From Spirochaetia bacterium (GTDB lineage: Bacteria > Spirochaetota > Spirochaetia > DSM-2461), in the NCBI GenBank assembly GCA_963666985.2, contig CAXXIA010000002.1:2080001-2144000 (forward strand): a DNA stretch of 64,000 nt, read 5' to 3'. Shown piece after piece: positions 18,886 through 27,770 of this stretch; the first letter of the stretch is position 1; each line of letters begins with the position of its first letter. The position numbers were made by a program, and so were the translations under genes. Below the pieces are notes generated by a model. That model ran no database searches and was not told the DNA's origin. It saw only the letters and a list, made by a program, of their open reading frames with translations.

Positions 18886-19749
18886 ATGAAAGAGCAGAAT
18901 TATCTTGATAATCTGGTAGGCGTTTTCGGGCATCCTGCCGCAGAAAATCCCGGTGTTGTTATACAAGAAGCGGCATTCAAGGACTTGGGTCTCGAACGAT
19001 GGCGATTTTTAACCATAGATGTCGATCCGGGGAATTTGCCTGACGCCCTGGCCGGTCTCAAGGCCATGAAAATGAGAGGCATAAACTGCACCCTTCCTCA
19101 TAAACTTGATGTTTTGAATTATCTTGATGAGATATCGCCCTCGGCAAAACTCATCGGTGCGGTAAATATGATTGTTAATAACGGCGGCAGACTGTTCGGT
19201 GAGAATACCGACGGAAAAGGATTCATGGAATCTCTTAAAAGCAGGGAGATTTCTCCTGAAAAGAAAAACGTCGTAATCCTCGGTGCGGGCGGGGCAGGCC
19301 GGGCCATTTCCATAGAAATGGCATTAGCCGGTGCGGAACATATAACAATCGTGAATATTCCTCAAGATGAGAAACTGGCTTATTCATTAATGGAAGTTCT
19401 TGAGAAACAAACGAAAGCAACAGCCGAATATGTCCCTTGGACCGATCAATTTAAAGTGCCGCCGGATGCGGAAATTCTGATCAATGCCACACCGATCGGT
19501 CTTTATCCCGATATAAACCAAAAGCCGAATATCGACTATAACACCATTCGCCCCGAATTGTTCGTTCAGGATGTCATACCTAATCCGGCTTTTACGGCAT
19601 TTCTTGCCGAAGCGGAAAAAAGAGGAGCCTCATGGAATACAGGTATGGGAATGCTGATAAATCAGGCCGCCATTAATATTGAAATGTGGACAGGGAAAAA
19701 ACCGAATAAAGAAGTCATGATAAAAGCCTATCAGGACGTAATCGGATAG
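18886..19749 (+). CDS. Shikimate dehydrogenase-like oxidoreductase (AroE/YdiB family)
   Basis: GINCTLPHK, GAVN, NTDG, GAGGAG, INATPIG; N-terminal SxS motif replaced by ENPG. Confidence 0.85.
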   Translation: MKEQNYLDNLVGVFGHPAAENPGVVIQEAAFKDLGLERWRFLTIDVDPGNLPDALAGLKAMKMRGINCTLPHKLDVLNYLDEISPSAKLIGAVNMIVNNGGRLFGENTDGKGFMESLKSREISPEKKNVVILGAGGAGRAISIEMALAGAEHITIVNIPQDEKLAYSLMEVLEKQTKATAEYVPWTDQFKVPPDAEILINATPIGLYPDINQKPNIDYNTIRPELFVQDVIPNPAFTAFLAEAEKRGASWNTGMGMLINQAAINIEMWTGKKPNKEVMIKAYQDVIG

Positions 19750-19757
19750 AACGGCCG

Positions 19758-20630
19758 ATGGAGAAAATACTGGTTACAGGCGGTACCGGTTTCATCGGCA
19801 GCCGAATTTATCATACGTATCACGGCCAATACGACATATTGGCGCTTTCATCCAAGGATATGAATATTCTGGATAAATCCGCTGTGGATGAAACGATTTC
19901 CACCTTTAATCCGGACTATGTTATTCACTGCGCAGCCGTTGCCGTTACCGAGTATTGCAATAAAAATCCCGAACACTGCCAAGCGGTCAATGTTGAAGGT
20001 ACGGTTAATATTGCCGAGTCCTGTTTGCATAATAAATGCCGTCTTGTTTTTTTGAGTACCGAACAGGTTTTTAACGGAAATACGAATCCCGGACCATATT
20101 CCGAAACCGACGAACCGCATCCCGATACGGTCTACGGACAAAACAAGCTTGATGCTGAAAACAAAATACAGGAGATTTGCGGCGACAGTCTGATTTTAAG
20201 ATTAACTTGGTTCTTTGGTGTACCGCAAAAATTTCAGCCGGCAAAGGGGACCATTCTCTGGGATACGATAGAAAAAATACTTTCCGGAAAACCGTTCAAT
20301 GTTGCTGTGAATGAATTTCGCGGCCTGAGTTATGTCGATGAATTAATGGAACTAATTCCTACTTTACTGGATCTTCCTCCGGGAATTTACCATACCGGCT
20401 CCCGGAATCCCATGAACCGATATGAATCGGTCTGCCATATATTCAAAGAGCTGGGATTGGAACAGAGAATAGAGGACCTGGTTCGTGCCGATTACAACAA
20501 GTATTCACAGAGTCCCCGGGATATTAGGCTCAATACGGGTAAGCTGCGGGATGCGGGAATCGTGTTTTCCGAAAGTCCTGACGCCATCAGCCGGTGTATC
20601 AGGGAATACGGTATCAGCTGTTCGGGATGA
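19758..20630 (+). CDS. RmlD-like NAD(P)-dependent sugar reductase (extended SDR)
   Basis: TGGTGFIG, VIHCAA, STEQVF, YGQNK. Confidence 0.8.
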   Translation: MEKILVTGGTGFIGSRIYHTYHGQYDILALSSKDMNILDKSAVDETISTFNPDYVIHCAAVAVTEYCNKNPEHCQAVNVEGTVNIAESCLHNKCRLVFLSTEQVFNGNTNPGPYSETDEPHPDTVYGQNKLDAENKIQEICGDSLILRLTWFFGVPQKFQPAKGTILWDTIEKILSGKPFNVAVNEFRGLSYVDELMELIPTLLDLPPGIYHTGSRNPMNRYESVCHIFKELGLEQRIEDLVRADYNKYSQSPRDIRLNTGKLRDAGIVFSESPDAISRCIREYGISCSG

Positions 20631-21369
20631 CGACTTCAATATTGCGGCTTGTGAAGTAATTATAATATTCTTCAGGGATGTTCCTGTCCGTTATCAGATA
20701 CTGGATATCCTCACCGCTGCAGTATTTAGACAAGTTGATTTTCCCGAATTTTGAGGAATCCGTCAGGATATATGTTTGCGGACTTCTCTGAATAATTGTC
20801 GAATTGATATCGGCCCTCATCATGTTTTTTCCGGTGAAGCCTGTTTCTACGGTAAAACCGTCTACACCGATAAAGGCCTTACTGAAATTGAGAAAATTCA
20901 GGCATTCTTTCACCAAATTACCAACCAGGCATTCACTTTCATGCTGATAGATACCGCCAAGAAGAATGACTCGTCCTTCTGCGTTCTTGCCGATCTGTCT
21001 TGCAATAAAGGCATTTGATGTAATAATCGTCGTGGATTTACGTTCTTTCACAACTTCGAGAGCAAAAAGAGCATTTATCGAACCCGATTCAACATAAATG
21101 GTCTCGCCTTCATTCACAAATTGAATTGCCGCTCTGGCGATCAGCAGTTTCTCTTCATAATTAATTCCCATTCGATGGGAGATATCATCGGTTTCATCCA
21201 GGATGGCTCCTCCATGAACCCTTCTGAGGAATCCGTTCTTCTCGAGAGCCGTCAAATCTTGTCTTATCGTTGCTTGTGAAACAGTGAGTTTTTCAGCAAG
21301 CTCGTTTACCGCAACTTGTTTTCCATTGGACAGTATATTCAGAATCTGTCTGTGTCTTTTATTCATCAT
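20614..21369 (-). CDS. DeoR/GlpR family transcriptional regulator
   Basis: VSQATIRQDL..LE..G.LRRVHGGA; DSSKFG; paralogous to 12315-13070. Confidence 0.93.
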   Translation of the reverse strand: MMNKRHRQILNILSNGKQVAVNELAEKLTVSQATIRQDLTALEKNGFLRRVHGGAILDETDDISHRMGINYEEKLLIARAAIQFVNEGETIYVESGSINALFALEVVKERKSTTIITSNAFIARQIGKNAEGRVILLGGIYQHESECLVGNLVKECLNFLNFSKAFIGVDGFTVETGFTGKNMMRADINSTIIQRSPQTYILTDSSKFGKINLSKYCSGEDIQYLITDRNIPEEYYNYFTSRNIEVVIPNS

Positions 21370-21671
21370 CGTTCCAGATTTTTGCCCGTAATTTCCGACA
21401 CAATGGCATTTCTATTGAGGTCAGTACCGAAAATCATATCATCATCATTCGTGAGTGTAAAATGCATCATGAGAAATATAATGACTTTCTTCCGATGTAA
21501 AAAAAACTTCGAATAGTCCCCGTAAAAAACTTTTTTGGATGTTCAGCGCCACTTTCATTGGTTCAGAATCCTCCACCTCTTGGTCTGGAATTTCGGTTTC
21601 GCCGACCTTGTTGCGGTTCTAAACTGTTACTCGTCGGATGTACCTGAGGATGAAGGTACCGGGAGATAACC

Positions 21672-24044
21672 ATGCGTGATTACGCCGAACAGATTGCCGC
21701 ACTGGATCGCTTTCATAGAATTGAAAGGCTTAAAAAGGACATGCTGGGAGAAACCCGCTATGTTTCAATGGATCAAGCCCGAATTATCACCCGCATTTAC
21801 AAGGAAACCGAGGGTGAACCGACGAATATACGCCGAGCACGGTCATTGGCGGCCGCTCTGGAGGAGATCCCGATCAGAATCGATTCCGGTGAGCTTATTG
21901 TCGGAAACCGAACCCCAGGAATCCGCAATGGAGTCGTTTTTCCCGAGGGAGGGCTTTCCTGGGTGGATAAGGAGTTGGAAACCCTCAGTACCCGCCCTCA
22001 GGATCGATTTGAGGTTCACCCTGAAGACATTCCCTATTTTCGGGAGGAACTCTATCCATATTGGAAAGGAAAAACCCTTGAAGACGTGGTGAATGCGGAA
22101 CTCGGAGAAGATGTCAAATCCATGGCTCGGGTGGTGAAGATCAACCAAAAAGACCATGCCCAGGGACATATTTGTCCGGATACGCCGAAATGGCTGCGCC
22201 TCGGTCCCAAAGGTTTGATCGAAGAAGCCCAAAAGGCTTCCGGAAGAACCGGTGATTCGAACAGATTTCTGGAAGGAGTCATCATCTCCCTGGAAGGCGC
22301 CCGAACTTTTATGCTTCGGTATGCCGATCTGGCCGAAGATCTGGCCGCCGCCGCCGTTCCGGTTCAAGCTTCCGAATTGAGCGAAATCGCACGAATCTGC
22401 CGTAAGCTGAAGGATTTCCCGCCGTCATCCTTTCATGAAGCGCTTCAGTCTCTATGGTTCCTCTATGTCATTCTGCATATGGAATCCAACGCATCTTCTT
22501 TTTCTCCCGGAAGGATGGATCAGTATTTGATGCCTTTCCTTCGGCAAGATCTGGGTTCCGGTCTGCTGGATATGGCGGGAGCCCTGGAGCTGGTGGAAGC
22601 CCTTTGGCTGAAGTTCAACCAGATTGTTTATCTTCGGAATTCCACAGGAGCAAAATACTTCGCCGGATTTCCCATCGGTTTCAATGTGGCTCTTGGAGGT
22701 CAGGATGAAGCGGGTAATGATGCCTCCAATGAGTTATCTTTTCTGTTTTTAAAAGCCCAGGAACATTTGGGCCTTCCCCAACCGAACCTGTCGGCCCGGA
22801 TTTATAAAGGCAGTCCCGAAGATTTGCTGGATACCTGTTCCCGGGTTATCGGCCTTGGAAGCGGCATGCCTCAGATATTTAACGATGAAGCGGTCATCCC
22901 CGCTCTTCGGGGAGTGGGAATCTCCGAAAAGGATTCCAGAAATTACGCCGTTGTCGGCTGTGTTGAGCTTACCACCCAAGGGAACAATTTGGGCTGGAGC
23001 GACGCGGCGATGTTCAACTTGGTGAAAGTCCTGGAACTGACGCTGAACGACGGCGTGGATCTTCTCGACGGAGCCGGGAGCGGTTTGAATCTGGGTACTC
23101 TGGAAGATTTCGACACTTTTGAAAAACTTGAAAAAGCATATGAAACGCAGGTGGATTATTTTATCGACCGAATGATTCCCGCCTGTCATATCGTGGATCG
23201 CATTCATGGTGAAATTGTTCCGTCTCCTTTCCTCTCGTCGGTTATCAACAACTGTATTGCGAAAGGCATCGATGTTACCGACGGAGGTGCCCACTATAAT
23301 CTGTCGGGAATACAGGCTATTCAGCCGGCCAATATCGCCGATAGCCTGGCGGCGCTGAAAACCCTGGTATACGACCAAAAAACAGTTTCCAGGTCCGAAC
23401 TTCTTCAAGCCCTCCGTTCCAATTTTGAGAACAGCGAGATTCTCCGTCAGCGGCTTCTGAACAAAGCACCCAAGTACGGTAACGATATCGAATGGGTTGA
23501 TGAATTGGGCCACAAGTGGATAAAGCACTTCGCGGATCGGTTAAAGGAATTCACCAATCGCCGGGGCGGTCCGTATCACACCGGGCTCTATACCGTTTCC
23601 GCCCATGTTCCCATGGGGCAGAATGTCGGTGCTACCCCAGACGGGCGAAAATCCCGGGAGCCGCTGGCAGACGGAGGGATGTCCGCTGTTTACGGCCGGG
23701 ATACCGCCGGCCCCACCGCGCTGCTTAAATCGGTTTCCAGGGTGGATTCCTCCCTAGGCTCCAACGGAACCCTGCTGAATATGAAGTTTTCTCCGCAGCT
23801 CTTCGGAACCGAAGAAGGGATCAAGAAATTTTCGGCCATGCTGCGGACCTTCGTCAGACTGAAGATCAGCCATGTTCAGTTTAATGTGCTTACCGAACAG
23901 GATCTTCGGGCGGCCATAGAGAATCCCGAGAAATTCCGCAGTCTGACAGTTCGAGTCGCCGGTTATACGGCCTATTTTACCGAGCTTGCCGGTGATCTTC
24001 AGGAAGAGATTATCGCCAGGACTTCGTACCTTGATGCCCTATGA
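21672..24044 (+). CDS. pflD: Glycyl-radical enzyme, PflD-like
   Basis: RVAGYT, GCVE, ESNASSFSPGR, YFAGFP, SDAAMFNL resembling E. coli PflD; GGGAG RBS. Confidence 0.8.
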   Translation: MRDYAEQIAALDRFHRIERLKKDMLGETRYVSMDQARIITRIYKETEGEPTNIRRARSLAAALEEIPIRIDSGELIVGNRTPGIRNGVVFPEGGLSWVDKELETLSTRPQDRFEVHPEDIPYFREELYPYWKGKTLEDVVNAELGEDVKSMARVVKINQKDHAQGHICPDTPKWLRLGPKGLIEEAQKASGRTGDSNRFLEGVIISLEGARTFMLRYADLAEDLAAAAVPVQASELSEIARICRKLKDFPPSSFHEALQSLWFLYVILHMESNASSFSPGRMDQYLMPFLRQDLGSGLLDMAGALELVEALWLKFNQIVYLRNSTGAKYFAGFPIGFNVALGGQDEAGNDASNELSFLFLKAQEHLGLPQPNLSARIYKGSPEDLLDTCSRVIGLGSGMPQIFNDEAVIPALRGVGISEKDSRNYAVVGCVELTTQGNNLGWSDAAMFNLVKVLELTLNDGVDLLDGAGSGLNLGTLEDFDTFEKLEKAYETQVDYFIDRMIPACHIVDRIHGEIVPSPFLSSVINNCIAKGIDVTDGGAHYNLSGIQAIQPANIADSLAALKTLVYDQKTVSRSELLQALRSNFENSEILRQRLLNKAPKYGNDIEWVDELGHKWIKHFADRLKEFTNRRGGPYHTGLYTVSAHVPMGQNVGATPDGRKSREPLADGGMSAVYGRDTAGPTALLKSVSRVDSSLGSNGTLLNMKFSPQLFGTEEGIKKFSAMLRTFVRLKISHVQFNVLTEQDLRAAIENPEKFRSLTVRVAGYTAYFTELAGDLQEEIIARTSYLDAL

Positions 24045-24949
24045 TTTTCGGCACCATCTTCGACCTGAAGCGTTTCGCCCTTCATGACGGATCGGGTTTG
24101 CGTTCCACGCTGTTTCTGAAAGGATGTCCTCTTACCTGTCCGTGGTGTCAGAATCCTGAAGGGGTAAGTCCCCGGATTCATCTGCGGTGGATCGCGTCAA
24201 AATGCATTCGGTGCGGGCTCTGTGTCGACTCTTGTAACGACGGGACGCTTTCCAGGGCTGAAAACGGCGATATTCATATTCATCATTCCGTGAGCGGCGA
24301 TTTGAAAAAATATGTGGATATTTGCCCTACCGGAGCCCTTTGCTTCGACGGCCGCAGAGTTTCCGCCGACGAGATAGCCGGAGAACTTCTCTCCGATCGT
24401 GTTTTCTTCGAATCTTCCGGCGGCGGTATCACTCTCAGCGGCGGTGAACCGCTCGCGCAGCCGGCGTTCTCCGCGGAGGTTTTGCGGCTTTGTCGGGAAG
24501 CCGGTATCTCAACGGCCCTGGAAACCACTCTCGGCGTCCCTATGAACGCCGTAAAGACTGTTTCGCCTTATACCGACCGCTTCCTGGCGGATATGAAGAT
24601 AGCCGATCCTGAGGACCATCAACGAATTCTGAATGCTGATGTTACGACCGTACGGGCTAATCTGGAATTTTTATTGAAACACGGGGCTCATGTTCTGGTT
24701 CGCATAGCCCTTATTCCGGGTTATACGGCCCGGGAAGAAAACCTAAGGGGTTTAGGGAAGTATATCTCAACCCTCCGTCCCCAGCCGCCGGTGGAACTGC
24801 TGAACTTCAACCCTTTGGCGGAAAACAAGTACAGGCTGCTGGGTCGGCACTGGCCCATTCCTAAAGAGACGCCCCGATTTTCTCCGAAAGAGCTGAATCA
24901 TTTTGCCGATGTGCTTTCGAGTGTCGGCGTGAAAAGGATGGAATCATGA
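24041..24949 (+). CDS. Glycyl-radical enzyme activating protein with ferredoxin insert
   Basis: HDGSGLRSTLFLKGCPLTCPWCQNPE, CIRCGLCVDSC, GGITLSGGEP; ATGA overlap with GRE. Confidence 0.92.
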   Translation: MIFGTIFDLKRFALHDGSGLRSTLFLKGCPLTCPWCQNPEGVSPRIHLRWIASKCIRCGLCVDSCNDGTLSRAENGDIHIHHSVSGDLKKYVDICPTGALCFDGRRVSADEIAGELLSDRVFFESSGGGITLSGGEPLAQPAFSAEVLRLCREAGISTALETTLGVPMNAVKTVSPYTDRFLADMKIADPEDHQRILNADVTTVRANLEFLLKHGAHVLVRIALIPGYTAREENLRGLGKYISTLRPQPPVELLNFNPLAENKYRLLGRHWPIPKETPRFSPKELNHFADVLSSVGVKRMES

Positions 24950-26841
24950 AAAACGACATCTCCGCCGGTGCCGCTCTCGATGATATGATCGCCGAGGCGG
25001 AACTGGGACATTCGGTGTATATCACCAGGGTACACAATCTTTTCGAGAACAATCCCCATGGCATAGATTTAAAGCTTGTCTTGGATTTTGCCGGAGGGAT
25101 GGCATCCAGAAGTTTTCCGGTTCGTCTCCCTCTTCCTTCCGAGCTCTCACACAATCAGGCCGAACTGGTTCATGAATATCTGTGTGCCGTGATATACAAC
25201 CTGATTTCCACCTACGGCGGAAGCACGCTGACCTTTTTCAGACCCCTTGGGATATCGGGTCTTGATGAACTCCTCGATTCGGCTGCCGCCGAGTTTTATT
25301 CCGAGAAATCCAAAAAAGAGAGACAGGGTTACGGCCGCTGCCTTAATGTCGCCGAACGAACCGCCGATGCCCTTGACGGTTTGGCGCCGGGTACTGTGCG
25401 ATTTGTTTTTCAGAAGAAAGACGCCGACGGAATATCGAATTCACATCTGATTCAGATGGCCGTTGATACTCCGGAGACGGCCGGAGATGCCGGTTCGGTT
25501 ATCGACAGACTGAAGGATCTGCCGGAGCGTTTGTCGGGAAAAACGATTCTGGGATTGGACATCGGCGGAAGCGATATCAAAGCGGTTCTCGCCATGGACG
25601 GCCGAATTATCGCGTATAAAGAATATGATTGGTTTCCCGCGCGGTTCACCGTCAGCAGGCAATTGGCGGATCCCGTATTGCTTATTGCCCGATGGGCCCG
25701 AATCCGGGCCGCCGTTGAGAAAACCGGCCTGCTTCAGGCGAATGAATTCATTGAATTAAGAGATCTTCTGGATGAAGTTTCATCGGCAGAGGTTTCGGAT
25801 GAAAAGCTGGAAATGGCGGTTCTTGAAGCCGAAAAAAGATTTTGCGAATCCGCGAACGCACCCTTGCCGGGTCTGGATGCCGTCGGCCTCTGTTTTCCCG
25901 ATGTTGTCGTGAAAAATAAAATCGTCGGCGGCGAGGTTTATAAGACTCGGGGAATCCGAAATAATCCAGCCATCGAATACGAAAAGGATTTTCGTACCTT
26001 AACCGATTTGGATCTGCGTCTTGCCGAATTCTGTATAAAAACTCCTGACGGCGCCGTGGTTCGAAATACCAATGACGGCCCCATGGCGTCATTCACTTCC
26101 GCCGTAGAGAGAGCCTTTTCCGGCGAACAGGAGGTCAATAAGGGTGTTTTCGCCCATACTTTGGGCACGGAGCTTGGAACCGGCTGGCTGACTGCGGCGG
26201 CCGAGCTGCCGACAATTCCTCTTGAGGTTTATAATTACGTTATTGATCTGGGTTCAAGAAAAGAACGGCGATATCAATCCGACGATCCCCGAAGCCTCAA
26301 TAATTTCAACACGGGAATACCGGGAACTCTCCAGAAATACACCAGCCAGAGCGGCGTCTTCCGACTGGCCGTGAAATATTTTCCGGAACAGCGTCCCGAT
26401 TTGTATGCCGAACTCTACAATAAAGGATTTATTGAAAATAAAGACAACGGTGAAATCCTGATTTGTCAGAACCCCCGGGACATGCGGAAACCCCTGCTTG
26501 AGCATCTTATGGCGCTTCCTGAGAGAGAAGGGGAAGATGGTGTCTGCGGCGAAATATTTCGGGAAATCGGTGAATATTTGGCCGTAACCTGGGATGAAAC
26601 CAGACGCATTCTCGCTCCCTTGGCCGCTGATCGGGTTCTTTTCGGCCGGCTGGTGAAGAACCCCGTTTGTTTCCGTCTGATGCAGGAAGGGGCGAAGCGT
26701 ATCGCCGGAGATTTGCAGCTGGTTGTTGCCGATGACGAATCGGCCTGGACGCCTTTAATGAGGCAGCTTCGGGATGATGGACGCTATACGGTGGCCCAGT
26801 TCGCTCAGGCGGTGGGAGCGGTTTACTACGCTTTATTGTAA
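24946..26841 (+). CDS. Large ROK/ASKHA-like protein of unknown function
   Basis: ILGLDIGGSDIK, TNDG, TLGTELGTG resembling ROK kinase motifs; ATGA-coupled to activase. Confidence 0.6.
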   Translation: MKNDISAGAALDDMIAEAELGHSVYITRVHNLFENNPHGIDLKLVLDFAGGMASRSFPVRLPLPSELSHNQAELVHEYLCAVIYNLISTYGGSTLTFFRPLGISGLDELLDSAAAEFYSEKSKKERQGYGRCLNVAERTADALDGLAPGTVRFVFQKKDADGISNSHLIQMAVDTPETAGDAGSVIDRLKDLPERLSGKTILGLDIGGSDIKAVLAMDGRIIAYKEYDWFPARFTVSRQLADPVLLIARWARIRAAVEKTGLLQANEFIELRDLLDEVSSAEVSDEKLEMAVLEAEKRFCESANAPLPGLDAVGLCFPDVVVKNKIVGGEVYKTRGIRNNPAIEYEKDFRTLTDLDLRLAEFCIKTPDGAVVRNTNDGPMASFTSAVERAFSGEQEVNKGVFAHTLGTELGTGWLTAAAELPTIPLEVYNYVIDLGSRKERRYQSDDPRSLNNFNTGIPGTLQKYTSQSGVFRLAVKYFPEQRPDLYAELYNKGFIENKDNGEILICQNPRDMRKPLLEHLMALPEREGEDGVCGEIFREIGEYLAVTWDETRRILAPLAADRVLFGRLVKNPVCFRLMQEGAKRIAGDLQLVVADDESAWTPLMRQLRDDGRYTVAQFAQAVGAVYYALL

Positions 26842-26855
26842 TACCTACCGTTTCA

Positions 26856-27659
26856 TTACGGTTTTTTGTATTTGCTCGGGGGAACTCCGAATCGTGCGGT
26901 AAAGCGTCGCGAGAAGTATTTGGGATCGCTGTAACCGATAAAGGATATCACCTGGCCGATATCCATGTCGTGGCGTGCCAGAAGACAGCCGGCCGTTTCC
27001 AATCTTATCGCGTCCAGGTACTTGATCGGTGTTGATCCGGTCCGTTCCTTGAACCGTCTGTCCAGGTAGGAGGTGCTGCAGTTGGCCAGGCGGGCAAGCT
27101 CGTCCACCGTTATCCGGCGGGCAAGGTTTTCATGGAGATAGTGGATAACCCGGCTGATGGGATCTTCAATCTCCCGATGTGAATCCAAAGCCATTTTTAT
27201 ATAATGCAGCAGTGCCTTAACCAGAGAATCAAGGAGCGGATCTTTATGGGAATAACCGGATGCCGCGACGGCATGGATTTCTATAAAGAGCCAGCGAAGC
27301 CTGCTTTCCAGATCCGAAAGGCGATAGATCTGTTTCAACCCCGAAGGGCCGGGAAATTCAATCCCGAGACAGACGATTTCCTGATGCCGAGAAAGATTCA
27401 CCGTCTCCAGATGAAGGAAGTTTTCGGGGTACACGACAAAGTCGAACACCGAGAGAGTCAGGTCGTCCTGTTCTCCGTGAATCCGGGCCCCCCCCTCGAG
27501 GAAGTAGATCAGCTCCATATAGGGGTGCTGATGATGAGTGAGATTCCAAATATCGCTTTTCTCGGTAAATCGTTCGCAGAAAACAAGCTTGGTACCGTTG
27601 AACGATCCGTTTTGAAACGCAGGTACCGACTCTCCCACATTCATACCGGATGATATCAT
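26856..27659 (-). CDS. AraC family regulator with cupin domain
   Basis: HHQHPYMELIY cupin; C-terminal GYSDPKYFSRRF..RFGVPPSKY. Confidence 0.92.
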   Translation of the reverse strand: MISSGMNVGESVPAFQNGSFNGTKLVFCERFTEKSDIWNLTHHQHPYMELIYFLEGGARIHGEQDDLTLSVFDFVVYPENFLHLETVNLSRHQEIVCLGIEFPGPSGLKQIYRLSDLESRLRWLFIEIHAVAASGYSHKDPLLDSLVKALLHYIKMALDSHREIEDPISRVIHYLHENLARRITVDELARLANCSTSYLDRRFKERTGSTPIKYLDAIRLETAGCLLARHDMDIGQVISFIGYSDPKYFSRRFTARFGVPPSKYKKP

Positions 27660-27770
27660 TCAACGGTTCCGATCGTCATTCTAAACCTTCGCAGGAGTAA
27701 TGAGTTTGCCCGGAAAGCCTTCTGCTGAAATTCGGAGCGGAAATTGCCGAAGAAAGCCGTCTCGGGCGGC

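Noticed and set aside
8910..24044. Calling the GREs pyruvate formate-lyase, choline TMA-lyase or microcompartment-associated
   Set aside because: Single Cys (GCIE/GCVE) rather than the PFL CC pair, motifs closer to YbiW/PflD, and no shell-protein genes in the window
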